Positions 52,430 through 64,000 of a stretch of 64,000 nt of DNA are shown one piece after another. The stretch comes from Schmidtea polychroa (Eukaryota). The position numbers were made by a program, and so were the translations under genes. Position 1 is the stretch's first letter, and the number at the start of each line of letters is the position of its first letter. The DNA lies in the NCBI GenBank assembly GCA_044892525.1, contig CM097886.1, forward strand, positions 152,396,001 through 152,460,000, given 5' to 3'. The notes beneath the pieces were generated by a model, which searched no databases, was not told where the DNA came from, and saw only the letters and a program-made list of their open reading frames with translations.

Positions 52430-54131
52430 GGACACGAGGAGTCAGAGGTTACCGACTTAAATTAACTAAAACCCAACATATATTCTGGTGAGCCCGACGT
52501 GATTGAAAGTCGGCGGAGAAGTAAAGTTATTGAAAAAACTTTTGGAAAAATAGTACCGACGTGATAGAAAGTTGGCTGAGAATTATTGAAAGTTAGTGAA
52601 AAAAATTATTGGAAAACAGTATCGATGTGATTGAAGGTCAGTGGAGAATAATTGAAAGTATGCTTTCCGGATCTGAGAAAGGAGTTCATTTTAGTTACTG
52701 ATGCCAGTTTTGATACCATTGGAGCAGTGCTTTCACAAGAGATAAAGATGGAAAGAAGAGAGTAATTGCGTATGGATCACACTTGACGATGAGCCATGAA
52801 AAAGGATATTGCATTACAAGGAAGGAACTATTGGCAGTATACTATTTTTGTATTCATTTTAAGCACTATCTCTACGAAGGAGATTCACGCTAAGGACAGA
52901 CCACAAGGCGATCACATTTATGATGACAACCAAGAAGCCAATTACTTCACAATTCCAAACCTGGATCAATTATTTAAGCAGTTTGGATATAATAGTTGAA
53001 TATAGAAAGGGTGTTAATCACCAAAATGCAGACATGGTATACACAACTAAATGTGAAACGTGTGTTCAATGTAAAATGGCTCACGAAGAAGCTAAGAAAG
53101 GAAAGATAAAAACTAGATTACTAGACTGGATCAGAGAAGAAGGTAGAAGAACCAATCAACAAATAAATTTGGAAGAAGAATTACGAAAGAAAATGATGGT
53201 ACCTGAAAACGAGATACAAGAAACCATAAAGGAAATACATAGACGATTGTGTCATCCTGGAGTCAAGAAGATAGCTGATTATATGATACATTGGGAAAAC
53301 CTGTGGAGTCAGATTCAGAAAACTATTCGAAGTTGTGAGACTTGTCAAAAAACCAAGGCTATAACAATTACAACGAAGGAACCAGTAAAAAAACTAGAAT
53401 CAACCGAAATGTTCGAAATTATATTCGTGGATATATTTGGACCAATGCAAGAAACAAAAGGACGTTAGAAGTATATATTGGGTATAATAGACCAGTATAG
53501 CAAGTATTAAGTCTTGACAGCTATAACAAGACAAGACGAGGAAACAATAAAGAAAACGATTTTAGAAAAATGGATTTTAAGATTTGGAGGCCCAAAGGAG
53601 ATAAGAGTTGATTGTGGGAAAGCGTTTGAATCAGGAATGATGAGACAATTCACAAAGAAACTTGATATTAATTTATGTTTTTTTCGAATCCACACCATCA
53701 CCAAACAAATGGACAGATAGAAAGGCAATTCAGGACAATACGAGAGCTGATAAATGCTACTTTACGAGACAGAAGGAAGACGGATTGGGAAGAGATACTA
53801 ACAGAAATCGAATTTACATTAAATGCAACCAAACAAAAGACGACAGGATAAAGCCAGACAGAGATAGCTTTTGGAAAAAAGATTAGCAGGGAAAAATGGT
53901 ACGGGTCAAAGGAAAAACTGGTAAAGGAAGAACAAACAATGAGGAAATTCAATGTAGACGAAGGGGCGTTAGTAAAATTAGAAACACGCAACAAAAGCCA
54001 GAACAGATATGAGAGACCATATAAAGTAATCGAGAAAGTGCATGACAGACGATATATCTTAATTAACCAGAATGGTAAAAAGATTGACAGAAACGTGAAA
54101 AAACTTAAAAAATTTCTTAAGGAGGGGGATA
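52430..54131 (+). mobile_element. Internally deleted Ty3/Gypsy element: LTR tail, PBS, RNase H-integrase relic, PPT
   Basis: LTR end ACCCAACA at 52478; FPDLRKEFILVTDASFDTIGAVLSQ, ELLAVYYF, TDHKAI, HPG, CETCQ, VDCGKAFES, NGQIERQF; PPT AAGGAGGGGGA near 54119-54129, then TGAGG at 54132. gag, PR and RT are absent. Confidence 0.85.
52486..52503 (+). promoter_or_regulatory. Primer-binding site complementary to the tRNA-Trp 3' end
   Basis: TGGTGAGCCCGACGTGAT vs the expected TGGTGACCCCGACGTGAT (17/18), 7 nt after the LTR end. Confidence 0.75.
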
Positions 54132-55559
54132 TGAGGAAGTTGATAGATTCTTAAAGATTTAATTAGAAATTTTGTTAAATTTAAAAAAATATTTTTATTG
54201 AAAAATATTTTAAAAAGAAGACTGAAATTTAGCATTCTTAAAAAATATATTTATCGAAAAATATTTTAAAAGGAAAATTGAAATTTGTTTAAATAACAAA
54301 AATAAGATAGACAAGTGTAAAATTTATTAAATTATTTAGTGATTTGCAAACAGATATTAATGTTGTAACGGATGAAAATCTTAATAGTTATAATTTTCTA
54401 GAAGATTTGTCCATCAAATATATAATGTATTCTGTATGCAATATATTTTGTTTTAATTATTGCATCTTTGACTTAATAATTTTAGTTTTATTATATCTTT
54501 CTTAAATGTCAACTTTACCGTCAAAATGTGTTTTTAAAATATATTTAAGTTTTAAAATACCGCAACGTAATGTATTTATTTTTCCTACCTCTTCCTTGAT
54601 TTTGATTGTTTAAAATTTGTTCGTGTTTATTATCTTCAGTCTATAAACAATAATCTATCATTAGTGACATTTAACAAATAGTTAACCTTTAAAAATTAAT
54701 TGTTTAATAAAAAACGTTATGAATGTCCGAGGAAAAATTCAGAAATTTGGTAAATTTTAATTTATTGATTAATTAATTTAGATAATATTAGATAATGAAA
54801 ACAATTTGAAATCGAAGATTGAAGGAAATTTGAAAAGAAAAAGTAAACACAATTTTTATTTATTGATTTAATTAATAATTTAGGTAATACGAATGAAGAG
54901 AAATTTATGTCAATATGTAAATAAATCGAAATGAATATTTTCAATGTAAGTATTGATTACTTTTTATGATTTAAAGGAATTTTAATATAATTTTTTAATA
55001 TAATTAATAATTTAATTTAAGTAAATATTTTTAATATTTTTAATTTAGTAAATATTTTTAGTAATAAATTTTGTAAATATTTCTTGTAATAAATAATAAT
55101 AATTTACAAATTTTTGCGTAAACACTAATTTAATCAGATTTCTTTAATATTATTTAGCAATAATAATAATATTTTGTGTAATAAATACAATTATATATCG
55201 AGTTTCTTTTATTTTATGATATTTAAAAAAACTTGAATAATTTTAATGGTATTTTATAATTAAGGGAATCTTTACCCGAATTGTTGTCAATGTAAAGCCA
55301 GTCCATATGACAGCAATTGGCATGAAATAATGTAAAAATACTATCGATATGAGAATAAACGAGTTACCTTCTTTATATATTCCATTTGTAAGAGCTAAAA
55401 TTCAAACTTTTTTGACTTTCACAGTCACAGTGCACATTCAAATCAATTTTCTTGTACAAAGAAGAATCTTTTTGCATCAATTAATCTAAATAAAAGAAGA
55501 ATTGTTACTGTTTTTCCACAACCAACTATTCGTAATTTCCGATGATGAAGATTTAATTT

Positions 55560-56640
55560 GAATAAGGCACATGCAATTGTTAAAATGGTTTCTTTAAATT
55601 TAAATAAATTAATTTTCTCTGCACCATTATTAAATAAATTAAATTTTGTTATATCCGAAATGGGATATGTTACATTTCAATTCTGCATTGATGTATAATA
55701 AGTAGGTTTAGCGATCACGGAAGTATTGATACTACTCAAAAATTATCCTTAAAATATTGTACAGATAATGTGCAAAACACTGACGATATGTGTTTCATCT
55801 ATAGTATTTTGTCTATATGATGAGGTTGGTAGACATGACAGAAATAGACCATCTAGCTATAATCCATCAGATCTTGTCTTGACTCCTCTGATTTGCCAAT
55901 GAAATTGTGCAATATCCCGACAAAAAATCATGTATATGAGATATCTTTCGTATGATGAATTCGATTTAATAAATGTTAATGATAAGGAAGTATACATAGG
56001 TCTAAAGTTGTAGGTGAAATTCCTAATCACTTAATTTTGTTGGAGGAAAGTGACTCTTTTCATTACATAGCAGTTACTAATCTTGACAGGCTTTTGAATT
56101 GTAAGACTGTTTCAAATATTAGAATTCGGAGTATTTGGTGTGAACGATGCTTGAATGGATTCAGATTGGCAGAAACTTTTAAGAAACATCAGGCATTATG
56201 TGAGAAAAACGAACTAGGTACAACTTTATATAGTTTACCTTCCGATAAGAACTTGATATTTAAAGATTGGTCTAAGATTGTGACTCCTCCTTTTGTTGTA
56301 TATGATGATTTTGAGGGTGTTTTATCTAAGGACGATAAATAGTTTCAGCTCCACTTTTGCCTATTTCTTCCGGTATATTATTAATTAATAATTTTACTGG
56401 CGAAAAGATATATAAAAGTTTTTATGGTTTAAACTGTATTGAACAGTTTTTGAATGAAATAAATGACATTGGTGAAAAAATAGTTTTACCTTACTTTTTA
56501 AATAATTCCAAAAATAAAATGGAATTTCTTTCTTCTGACCAGAAAAGATCCTTTCATTCTTCAACCATTTGTTACTTGTGCAATAAACTATCAAAAACCC
56601 AGTTAAAGATCGTGATCATTACAAAGGTAATGATATTTAG
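55560..56640 (+). mobile_element. Decayed Maverick/Polinton- or adintovirus-type PolB-associated ORF (N-terminal part)
   Basis: DNVQNTDDMCFIYSIL, FHYIAVTNLDRLL, C2H2 finger WCERCLNGF...KHQALC, PPFVVYDDFE, PISSG...YGLNCIEQFL, CYLCNK...DRDH (endonuclease VII-like); broken by stops and frameshifts. Confidence 0.65.
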
Positions 56641-56949
56641 GAGCTGATTGTTCCTGGTCGGTCTCCCACTGCTGGTGATTAAATTTACATTGACAATTTC
56701 CCAGGTCTTTTCAATGTGATAACTGCGCAGAAATTCATGAATTCATGTTAACTGTGCGGAAAATAATTTTCTAGGGAACGTCGACTGAGAATCTCAATTT
56801 TTCTCGAGACCTCAACAGATTTTATTAGCGTCTGAACCTAATAAAATCTATCTAACCACGATACAATAGTAAAAGTCAGTAATTTAACCACCGAGTTTTT
56901 TTAACAGACTATTTCTACTAGTTTGATTACCCACCATTATAAGCAGATA

Positions 56950-57330
56950 GACTGATATAGGTTTGTGATATATGTTTTAAAGTATAAGACTTAAGTCCTT
57001 CAATCTACGGTCATAGCTATAGGCTTGCACCAGTAGAGCAGTCCAAATAAGAGGGGTCACCTTTACTCGTTTACACCGCCACTGCATACAGTACCAATCC
57101 CACGGATATACTATCGATCGACAGCAACAGTTCTGCATGGGGTCTTAGGTACTTCTTAAATGAGTGTTCATATCCTATCCATAGTTTGATCTCTGTTCAT
57201 CGTGAGGTTCCTCTGAGTCGTGATAAGTAAATCATCCCTAGAACACCAATACAAATTGGTTGAAAACAAAATAATTAAACAGGCAACATCTCAAATTTGC
57301 TCAAAGATGTCGTTTCGCGAATTCAAACTA
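56950..57330 (-). mobile_element. Very decayed Gypsy reverse-transcriptase relic
   Basis: DIFEQI*D...DDLLIT...EEPH and GLKSY in the expected order; weak. Confidence 0.3.
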
Positions 57331-58792
57331 ATCAACTTTAATGATTTTGGAAGTAGGTCTGTTTTCATTATCCTCTTGTTTCCGCTCCAGTTTTCCACAT
57401 AGGTAATACATTCTTTATTTATTTTTAATTAAATTGTATTTATTGAATATTTTATCCATAATTTTAATCTCACTCATAAATTTGCAGAAATAGTGGTAAT
57501 GAGTAAACAAAAGCCTGTCTATTTGAGTAATCACCGTAATTCCGACAACTTAGTGAAAATTTCGCAAAAGCTTTGCGTATAAATGTAAGATCACAACATC
57601 GAGAACTGCATCAAAAAAGATATAATGTTCATAAAATATTCATAAAATGTCACGATAGGTGAGACACTTTACTAGTGGTATAAACATTGCCTGACCACTT
57701 TAAAATATCGATTACAGTCACGATCCCGATAAAGGTTTAAGAAAGATGATTCAAGTACTCCACTCGGCCCTTGCCGATGGAAATGGTTTAGAACACGTGC
57801 ATTATGCTACGAGAAAATCGATTAAAACCATGACTAACGACAAATGTCTCGTAGAGTACCGCCGAATATTGTTATCCAGTATATAATATATAAACATCAA
57901 AACAACATTAGAAATTTAGTCAGCACAATAGTTTCCGCTGAGTGGATATAACACGATTCGGTTTGAAATGGTTCGGCACACCAGTTCCTGTAAGAGAAAG
58001 TATTATAGATCGGTATGAATGTACTGAAATGAATGACCACCGAACACATGACTACCAACATGAATCGGCACACTCATCCAGATTAGCCCGTATATAAGTC
58101 AACTCATCCAACCCTTTCACATTTGACATTAAACTGTAATGACTGAATCAAGAATTTCACGAAATGGCGGGAGATTTTGAAAAACGTAGAAATTATTTAT
58201 ATCTTTCAATTCAATTTTGCTTGGATGGTGCAGAGGGCGTCGGGACTGAGAGATGTGGAACCAGACTTTTATATAATAAAACATGCCAATTGCTCAAATA
58301 ATAAGTGATAAATCTTAGTCAATAAAAATATTCAACAATCATAAAAATACCCCAGAAATAATTTTAATAAATACCCATTTAAAGGGATAGCAAATGTGTA
58401 AAAGACGCACGTATAAAAATCAATGAATACCCATTTGATGAGGCAAAATATGTCTTAAATGAAATTTAATGAATGCCCGTCCAATAAGGCAGGATATGTG
58501 CTGAATGCAACTATATCAAAAACACTGAATGACGTTCAGAGGTAAAACTTAAAATACGCTACTGTTAGGGTTGGGCTTGTCCTTACTCAGTGCTTGCCTA
58601 AAAAATTAAGCATATTCAGTTGTAAATAAATAATTACTAATTTTAGAAAATAATATATAAAATAAATTTATATTTCCAATTTAGGTAATAAGTAAAGAGT
58701 ATTTTATCTAATTACAATATATTTCAAATTACTAAAAATAATTAATAACTTAAATAATTCTAGTATAAATAATTATAAAACTTGTTAGTAAT

Positions 58793-60100
58793 CAGAAGGG
58801 CAACCGAAAATATGCATTTGCATATTTTGCATTTTTGGCATATTTTAAGCATAAATGCATATTTTGTTAATCAAAAAAACCAACAAAATATACACCGCTT
58901 ATAGTACAATATTCATTCCAGATCGTTTTACTCCTTAAAAACTGTATTTTGATAACAATGAAATAATGCAATTCTATTTAATACGTACGATAAAGATAAT
59001 TGCAATCTCATAATTAATTAATTTTTAATAATATTTAAATTACCATTGCGAAACGTTATTCACAAATTTATCACTCAATTGAATTTGGCATTATTCAATA
59101 AACAAATAAATATTACCTTACAGTTGTGATTTTTAGGAATAACTAAAAATAAATTGTCTTTGTAGCCAAAATGTAATCGAGTAATCATTTTTGAATTCTT
59201 TTTGTGGCAATAAAAAAGTGCTTTAAATATCCATTTAAAAAAGTATGTATAAAAAGTATATAATAACATGGGTTTATTCTGTCGCACCTATTTCTAGAAA
59301 AGTTGTTAAGTCTTTACTCGCATCCAGCAAAAATTTAGAAATTATGCCAAAGGAAAAGCAATCAATTTCGAACAGATTGAATCTTTATGTAAGTCGATAT
59401 CCAGACTTCAAAACCGATGGAAAAATACCGTACTGTAAGGTGTGCAATAAGTCAGTGTCTGCAGACAAAATATTTACCGTAAAACAGCATCTAGAAAGTG
59501 CAAAGCATATTTAACTCAACGAACGAGGTATTGCGAAGAAGGCAACACAGCAGTTGATTGGAAAACTTTCCATATCTTCATTTGATGTCCAATTCGGAGA
59601 TTATTTGTGCTGTGCATTTATTGCTGCAGATATACCGTTATACAAAATGCGCAACGAAAAAATTCGTCCTTTTCTTGAAAAATACACGGATCACAGAGTT
59701 CCATCGGAAACTACTCTTCGTTCAAATCACATCATAAATCTATATAACGCAACTCTGCATAACATAAAAAGCTGCATTAAAAACTGTTTTTTGTGGTGAA
59801 TGAAACTACAGATGCTGCTGGTAGATACGTGTCAAACTTATTTTTTTTATTTTGGATAATGATGAGCTGATTTCAAACAAGTTTTTATTGAATACTGCAC
59901 TCTTGATTCAGCTAATCAAACAACAATTGCTAGACTAGTTGATGATTCGGTTAGAAGTTTGGGTGAAGACTTTGCCAAAGATTTGATCTTGTTATTTATA
60001 TATAAAATTATATAAAATTTGGAATAAATATCAAATTTTGTTAATTTGGTTTTGATATGAAAGTGCATATTTTAAGTGCACATAATGGCTTTTATAGTGT
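58793..60100 (+). mobile_element. CGGBP1-like hAT transposon relic, cut by a Helitron
   Basis: Subterminal GCATATTT repeats at both ends; MPKEK...FKTDGKIPYCKVCNKSV...KQHLESAKH zinc finger; ADIPLYKM...FLEKYT...PSETTLRSNHI; VNETTDAAGRYVSN; stops present. Confidence 0.75.
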
Positions 60101-60440
60101 ACTAGCTGTTCTACCCGGTTTCGCCCGAGTTTATATTTATTATAATAATTCATTTAAATTAATTTTTTGTTTAAATAATGTTATTACGTTCTAGTATTCA
60201 TTTTATAACAGCTTCAATTCCATGTTTAATACACAATAAGAAAAGCTTTCAAAATAAATTTCAATTTGCAAAATCGAAAACGCATACAATTTAAATCGAA
60301 AAATAACTGGCTATATTTTTCCAATTGCAAACTGGTTCACTAATCAAATAAAATTCAAATTGAAATGCTTGAACTGGTGTGTTTTAATGCTTTTATTTGA
60401 ATGATTATTTAGGCAAATTCGTTGTTTAAGGCATATTCAA

Positions 60441-60564
60441 GTGAATTTTTACCATTTTTTGTGAATTTCTATCATTTTTATGAATTTCTATTATTTTTGT
60501 AAATTTCTATTATTTTTGTAAATTTCTATTATTTTTGTGAATTTTTATCATTTTCGTGAATTTT
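60441..60564. repeat. 19-bp minisatellite, about 6.5 copies
   Basis: Unit GT(G/A)AATTTCTATTATTTTT. Confidence 0.9.
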
Positions 60565-61309
60565 ATGTTGATTGAATGAATATTTAAAAATGTAATGATA
60601 ATTGGATGTATTTTTATTGATTGGTTTTTTTTAAATTTTAAATAAAAATTATTTTTAATGACAGTTAGGTTAATAATCAAGTGATAGGTTAAATTTTGAT
60701 GAGAATATTGAATAATTTTCTAAGAATTTCATGTTGACTGAAAGAATATTTTAAAATTAAAGGTTTTAATGGTGATAAATTTAATTGATAAATTTAATTA
60801 ATTTCTTGATAATTAGCTGTATTTTATTGAATTGTTTTTAAATTTTAAATAAAAATTAATTTCAATGACAATTAGATTAATAATCAAGTGATAGAATTAA
60901 TTTTTGATGATAACTTTGTAATGTAATTGAATTTGACTAAATAATCTTTTCAATAATTTTCTAAGAATATTTCCATTTACACATTGATGAACTTTTAAAA
61001 AACATAATATAAAAAACCAGTTAACTTTATCAAGGACTTTGATTGGCTGAATCGTTGAAGAATTATTAACAATCAATATATATATCATCTCTAGTTAGGT
61101 ATTTGATGGTAAATATTCGTAGAAAACTTTAGTTAATTTTAATCTTTTAGTGGGTTCTTATTATATAGATACTAAATTATTTCAATGGAAAAATGTTTGA
61201 TGTCTGTAACAGTTAATGAAAATTCATATTTTTGAAGAATTCTCTAAGGATTTTAAGAGGATTGACTGAATTAAAGGAGGATATAACCTTAAGTTGGTAG
61301 AATTAAGGG

Positions 61310-61580
61310 ATATAGTCGGTTATATATTGAATATTAAAGGGGTAGAAATATTTAGTAAGAGATCGGTTAAGAATGGAATATACGACTTTTAAGGGGATAT
61401 ATTCGGTTAGATTTAATGGGGGATCGGTTTAGATGGGAATATATGATCTTTTAATGGTATATAGTCGGTTGGATTTAATGAGGGAAGGGTTTTGAAAGGA
61501 ATTTAGGATCTTTATATGGGTATATAGTCAGTTGGATTTAATGAGGGATCGGTTTAGATGGGAATATTTGATTTTTTAAG
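61310..61580. repeat. About 62-bp minisatellite, 3-4 degenerate copies
   Basis: Recurrent GAATAT...TATATAGTCGGTTGGATTTAATGAGGGATCGGTTTAGATGG. Confidence 0.8.
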
Positions 61581-61746
61581 GATGATGTTGGTAAAATATT
61601 GCCCTGGCTCACAACTTATGTTAAAGTAATAAAATAATTATTTTTTAAATTAACTTTAACCCAGACACATAGAATAATAACTTGCAAAACCAAAATAATT
61701 AAAGATAGCTTGGAGTATAAAATACAAATCAAAATCAGTCAAAAAT

Positions 61747-62027
61747 ACAGTCAAACCCCGATATACCGCCACCCCGCTTTATCACCATGAATTTATTAAA
61801 ATAAATTGTTAAAATAATAAAAATCAAAGCTGGAAATATCACAATCAATGGAAATAATTAAAGGATTTTTAAAAAAATTTCATAAAAAAGAGGAAAATGA
61901 CTTGTACAAATTTATTAATAAACAAGGTTGATTTTTTATTTGTTTTTTTTAATAATTTTATTCAAACCACACTTTATCGCCAAAAATATTTTGTTTTCTC
62001 AAATGGCGATAAAGCGGAGTTTGACTG
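61747..62027. mobile_element. Tc1/pogo-type MITE (281 bp)
   Basis: 23-bp TIRs CAGTCAAAC(C/T)CCG...CGCC (19/23); TA on the left, TG on the right (mutated TSD). Confidence 0.72.
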
Positions 62028-63569
62028 TGCCAGTTTTGGTCGAGTTAGGTGCGTATAGGTTATCAGTAAAAATGAGTTTATCGGATTTAATACTTCAAGT
62101 GTTTATCTGCCAATCGTGTTGAACGGAAGCTTTACTTAGAATTATCTATCATTGTTGAAGATTGTAATTATTGTTAGTGGAACTTGTAGTTTAATAAAGT
62201 GATGATTAAATAGAGTTGTACAAACTGTTTTGTGAAATAAAAGTTTAAATTTCTTGAGTCTCAGTTAATTAATATAAATAAAAAAACTTTAACACTGATT
62301 TTTGGTTAGTAAATTTCATCAGCATTGTTACTAATTATCATTAATAATACTATTTTATCATAATTAACCTCAATATTGGTATTCTACTTTGTCTTTTAGT
62401 TATCACCACCACCACCTACAATCAAAGATTGTTACTACCGTTGTTGATATTATCAAAATTTTTCATATCTTTACTCGTGCCTTTATTGTCAAGAATAAGA
62501 TTATTCTTATGTTAGGGTGAGGTTTGATAGCGCTTAAGCAATTTTTAAAATATAATTAAAAAGTAATTAAATACTATTTTTCCATAAATATAAATATATA
62601 TAATTAATAATAATTACAATTAAGTAAATTATAATTATTAAAAATATAAAATAATTCTTTAATTTTTTATATAAATGGGTCAGTCGACCTGATAAAGTGA
62701 ACAGACAGATAAGAGAACTTCAAAACCTAAGCAGTAAACATAGACGCAGTCATAATTTTAAATAACACACCATGTCATCAACACATATAAGAATAAATCA
62801 GAGTGAAGTTAAAATATATCAAAGTGCGAATAAGAACAAATCAAACTGTATATCTTCAATTGTAGATTATCGGCCGTGATGGAATTTAAATATTAAACTA
62901 TCCACATTTGTTTTGGATTTATATTTTCAATAGGAATACTCGCTGATTCACCAACCCATGTATAAGCATTTATTAATTATTATATTTTTAAAATATATTG
63001 GGCTAATATAGAAAGTCATAAAAAATCAGAAGCACTTAAAATCAATAAAAACACCAAAATAATAAAAGTACAAAAATTAATTAAAAATTCATAAAATTTA
63101 TATTGATCGGAGAAACCGGTATAGTTGAATGCCAAATCATGAGACGAGTCCAAAAATGATAACAAAAATTTAGTGAGGGACCAATAGAAAGATATAATGA
63201 AATAACAAATTAATTGAAATTAATCAAGCCACTAACGCCACTAACGGGTAGCCCCGTAAAGCCTGATTTTCAGATAAACATCAAATGTGTAGCCGAACAA
63301 TTGGCTTGTTGTAGAAGTAATTACACCTGAATTTCGGGTATAATTGCAGGATAATTAAAATGTTTTTGGGGAGATAGTATAAAGAGACCTGCAGAAAAGC
63401 AGAAAAATAATTATTCGAGGTGAATTAAAGAGGAATCAAGCAGATGTCAACGAACGAAAGAAATAAACTTTGAATATAAACTTTAAATCGATTTAACGTT
63501 CCAGAAAAGGAGATCACCCATTGGGCTATCTGCCTTCACGTTAATTTAAATTCTGAAAGAAAAAGGTAA

Positions 63570-63699
63570 ATATTGTAACGACTTGTAAATCGAATTGAGA
63601 ATCAATAGATATGTTATATATTGGGTCTTAGTTATTTGATTTATAAAAGGGACACGAGTAGTCAGAAATTAACCAACTTTGTTGATTAATAACCGGACA
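63570..63699 (+). mobile_element. LTR 3' tail of the GACACG/AGTCAGA type
   Basis: GGACACGAGTAGTCAGAA...AACCGGACA; 5' boundary not defined. Confidence 0.4.
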
Positions 63700-64000
63700 A
63701 ATAGAATAACATTTGAAACAAGATATTAGTATTGATTTAATCTTGATTCTATATTTAAATTTGCATAAATTTGAGAAGGATTAGATAGGTCACGCATATA
63801 TTAGCGTTGTAGTAGATAGAATATAGGTATTTTAGAAAAAATAGGTCATTTTTATAAGGCTAAAAATATTAATTGAAATTCAAATAAATAGTTATTTAAG
63901 ATTACAAATTTAAATATTAATTAAATATTACTAAAAATAAAATAGGATATCTTTAGCAATAAAAAAATTACTAAAAATAGATGTGTAGCAATTTTTAAAA

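Larger units (their letters stand above)
60102..61585 (-). mobile_element. Non-autonomous Helitron with internal minisatellites
   Basis: Minus-strand 3' end CTCGGGCGAAACCGGG-N8-CTAG|T (60129-60102); candidate A|TC 5' end at 61585, which is less certain. Confidence 0.55.

Noticed and set aside
58226-58236. TGGTGCAGAGG as an initiator-Met PBS after an LTR-like segment
   Set aside because: It needs a 1-nt deletion to match, the LTR end lacks a clear CA, and no gag follows.
60441-61580. Tandem arrays as CRISPR-like repeats (also the GGACAA arrays)
   Set aside because: Units are contiguous with no unique spacers, there are no cas genes, and the context is eukaryotic.

Overview
AT-rich eukaryotic genomic scaffold with four N-gaps and very short (about 36-60 nt) GT-AG introns. 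The PGAM protein and intron style suggest a flatworm, probably a planarian; this is my inference and was not searched. Host genes I can model by eye: N-terminal exons of an inner-arm dynein heavy chain (-, running off the left edge), a BNIP3/NIX-like gene with a TE-filled ~7.5 kb intron (+), a FAM161-like ORF (-), MRPL54 (+, 3 exons), phosphoglycerate mutase (-, 2 coding exons), a stop-containing FKBP6/Shutdown-type TPR fragment, and a few unidentified exons. Most remaining sequence is transposon-derived: Tc1/pogo, piggyBac, hAT (ZMYM1-like and CGGBP1-like), MULE, Merlin, Helitron, Ty3/Gypsy and a Maverick/adintovirus-type PolB relic. The strongest observations are (i) a complete 1.79 kb FLYWCH-MULE element with an intact 461-aa transposase, a perfect 9-bp TSD and a doubled right end; (ii) a PGAM carrying Asp at the normally Gly position equivalent to human G97, lying between two same-orientation LTR homologs; (iii) a short motif shared by the 3' ends of otherwise unrelated LTRs. 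I found no bacterial-type system (CRISPR, operon, rRNA) and cannot claim a wholly new biological system from this window. All homology calls come from motif recognition, not database searches.
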